Shown: positions 63,227-64,000 of the stretch, in pieces
Layout of the letters: each line of letters starts with the position of its first letter
How positions within the stretch are numbered: position 1 is the stretch's first letter
Assembly: GCA_963514005.1 (NCBI GenBank)
Contig: OY740789.1
Span: forward strand, 24,676,001-24,740,000
DNA: 64,000 nt
Direction: 5' to 3'
From: Raja brachyura
Taxonomy: Eukaryota
The notes under the pieces: generated by a model
The model's database searches: none
Told to the model about the DNA's origin: nothing
What the model saw: the letters and a program-made list of their open reading frames with translations, nothing else
Made by a program: the position numbers and the translations under genes

Positions 63227-64000
63227 CAGGAACAATTGGCCTTAGTGGACCAGATTGTTCTGGTTGCTGGAAAAGCTTAAAAATGCCATTGCCGATCTCC
63301 GCAGGTGCGTACTTTTCAGATTTGTTTCACACGTTCACAGTGTGTGGTGGAATGGGCGCTGAAAAACTATTGGCGGCTGCCAGGGGTCAAATTTCAGTGA
63401 GATTTTCCTCCTGCTCCAGCCTCTGACCTGGGTTTGAGCTGCACTGCCACAGTTATGAAAGCAGGATTGGTTGTTGCGTTACCTTCCAACTTGCACATCA
63501 CCATATTCATTTCCTTCTTTTGGTCAAGTAACATTTCTAGCCGGGTTTTACACGCTTGCATGCACTTCCACAGAAATAACTGAACCATTCAGTAGTGTTA
63601 CCTCAGGCTACATTCTCAGATTGCACAAATAATCTCATCTCTATTGAGGGAGTGCTTCAACTCAATAAAACTGCAATTATCTCGTAACTGCCCTAACTCT
63701 GCTAAGAAAGCCAAGGATTCACTCTGCACTCAATTACAAATATTGTTAACAGTTGGCCATTTCATTTCCAGGTAGGTTCTAATTTGGTTATGGTGCAACT
63801 GATGAACACTCATGCATTTCATTTGAGGACTTTCTGATATGCTACAAATATTTGCCCATGTTTCCAGACAAAAATAACAAACACAGTTAATCTGGCAAAA
63901 TCAGTTCTTTATATCATGTTCAAGAAGAAACTGCAGATGCTGGAAAATCGAAGGTAGACAAAAGTGCTGGAGAAACTCAGGGGGTGAGGCAGCATCTATG

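Noticed and set aside
63394-63588. 64-aa minus-strand ORF
   Set aside because: No recognisable homology or convincing splice context

Overview
Eukaryotic, repeat-dominated window. The repeat spectrum (CR1/HER1-type LINEs with CTATGTTT/CTATTGT tails, HE1-like tRNA SINEs, Penelope GIY-YIG remnants, Rex1/Babar pieces) points to a cartilaginous fish, probably a skate or ray (inference). No host gene can be identified with confidence; only weak orphan exon candidates exist. The best-resolved feature is a full-length (~4.9 kb) minus-strand DIRS1-type tyrosine-recombinase retrotransposon (52202-57112) with gag, RT/RNase H/N6-adenine-methyltransferase and YR frames. It has 37-bp ITRs, a perfect internal complementary region (ICR) that spells the circle junction, and a 3-bp ATT crossover core at both ends; its ORFs carry a few stops and frameshifts. 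A second theme is a dispersed family of short palindromic, TSD-flanked units made of inverted Penelope ends that carry minimal hammerhead-ribozyme cores. Also present: a Tc1 (DD34E) element with a templated fold-back insertion, a non-autonomous Helitron holding a 69-bp minisatellite and nested LINEs, three copies of a ~1.03-kb TAG...CTA DNA element with 7-bp TSDs, a composite hAT element, two Harbinger-like MITEs, a solo LTR, the 5' half of an L1, and a 196-nt assembly gap in a polypurine tract. Coordinates of degenerate repeats are approximate.
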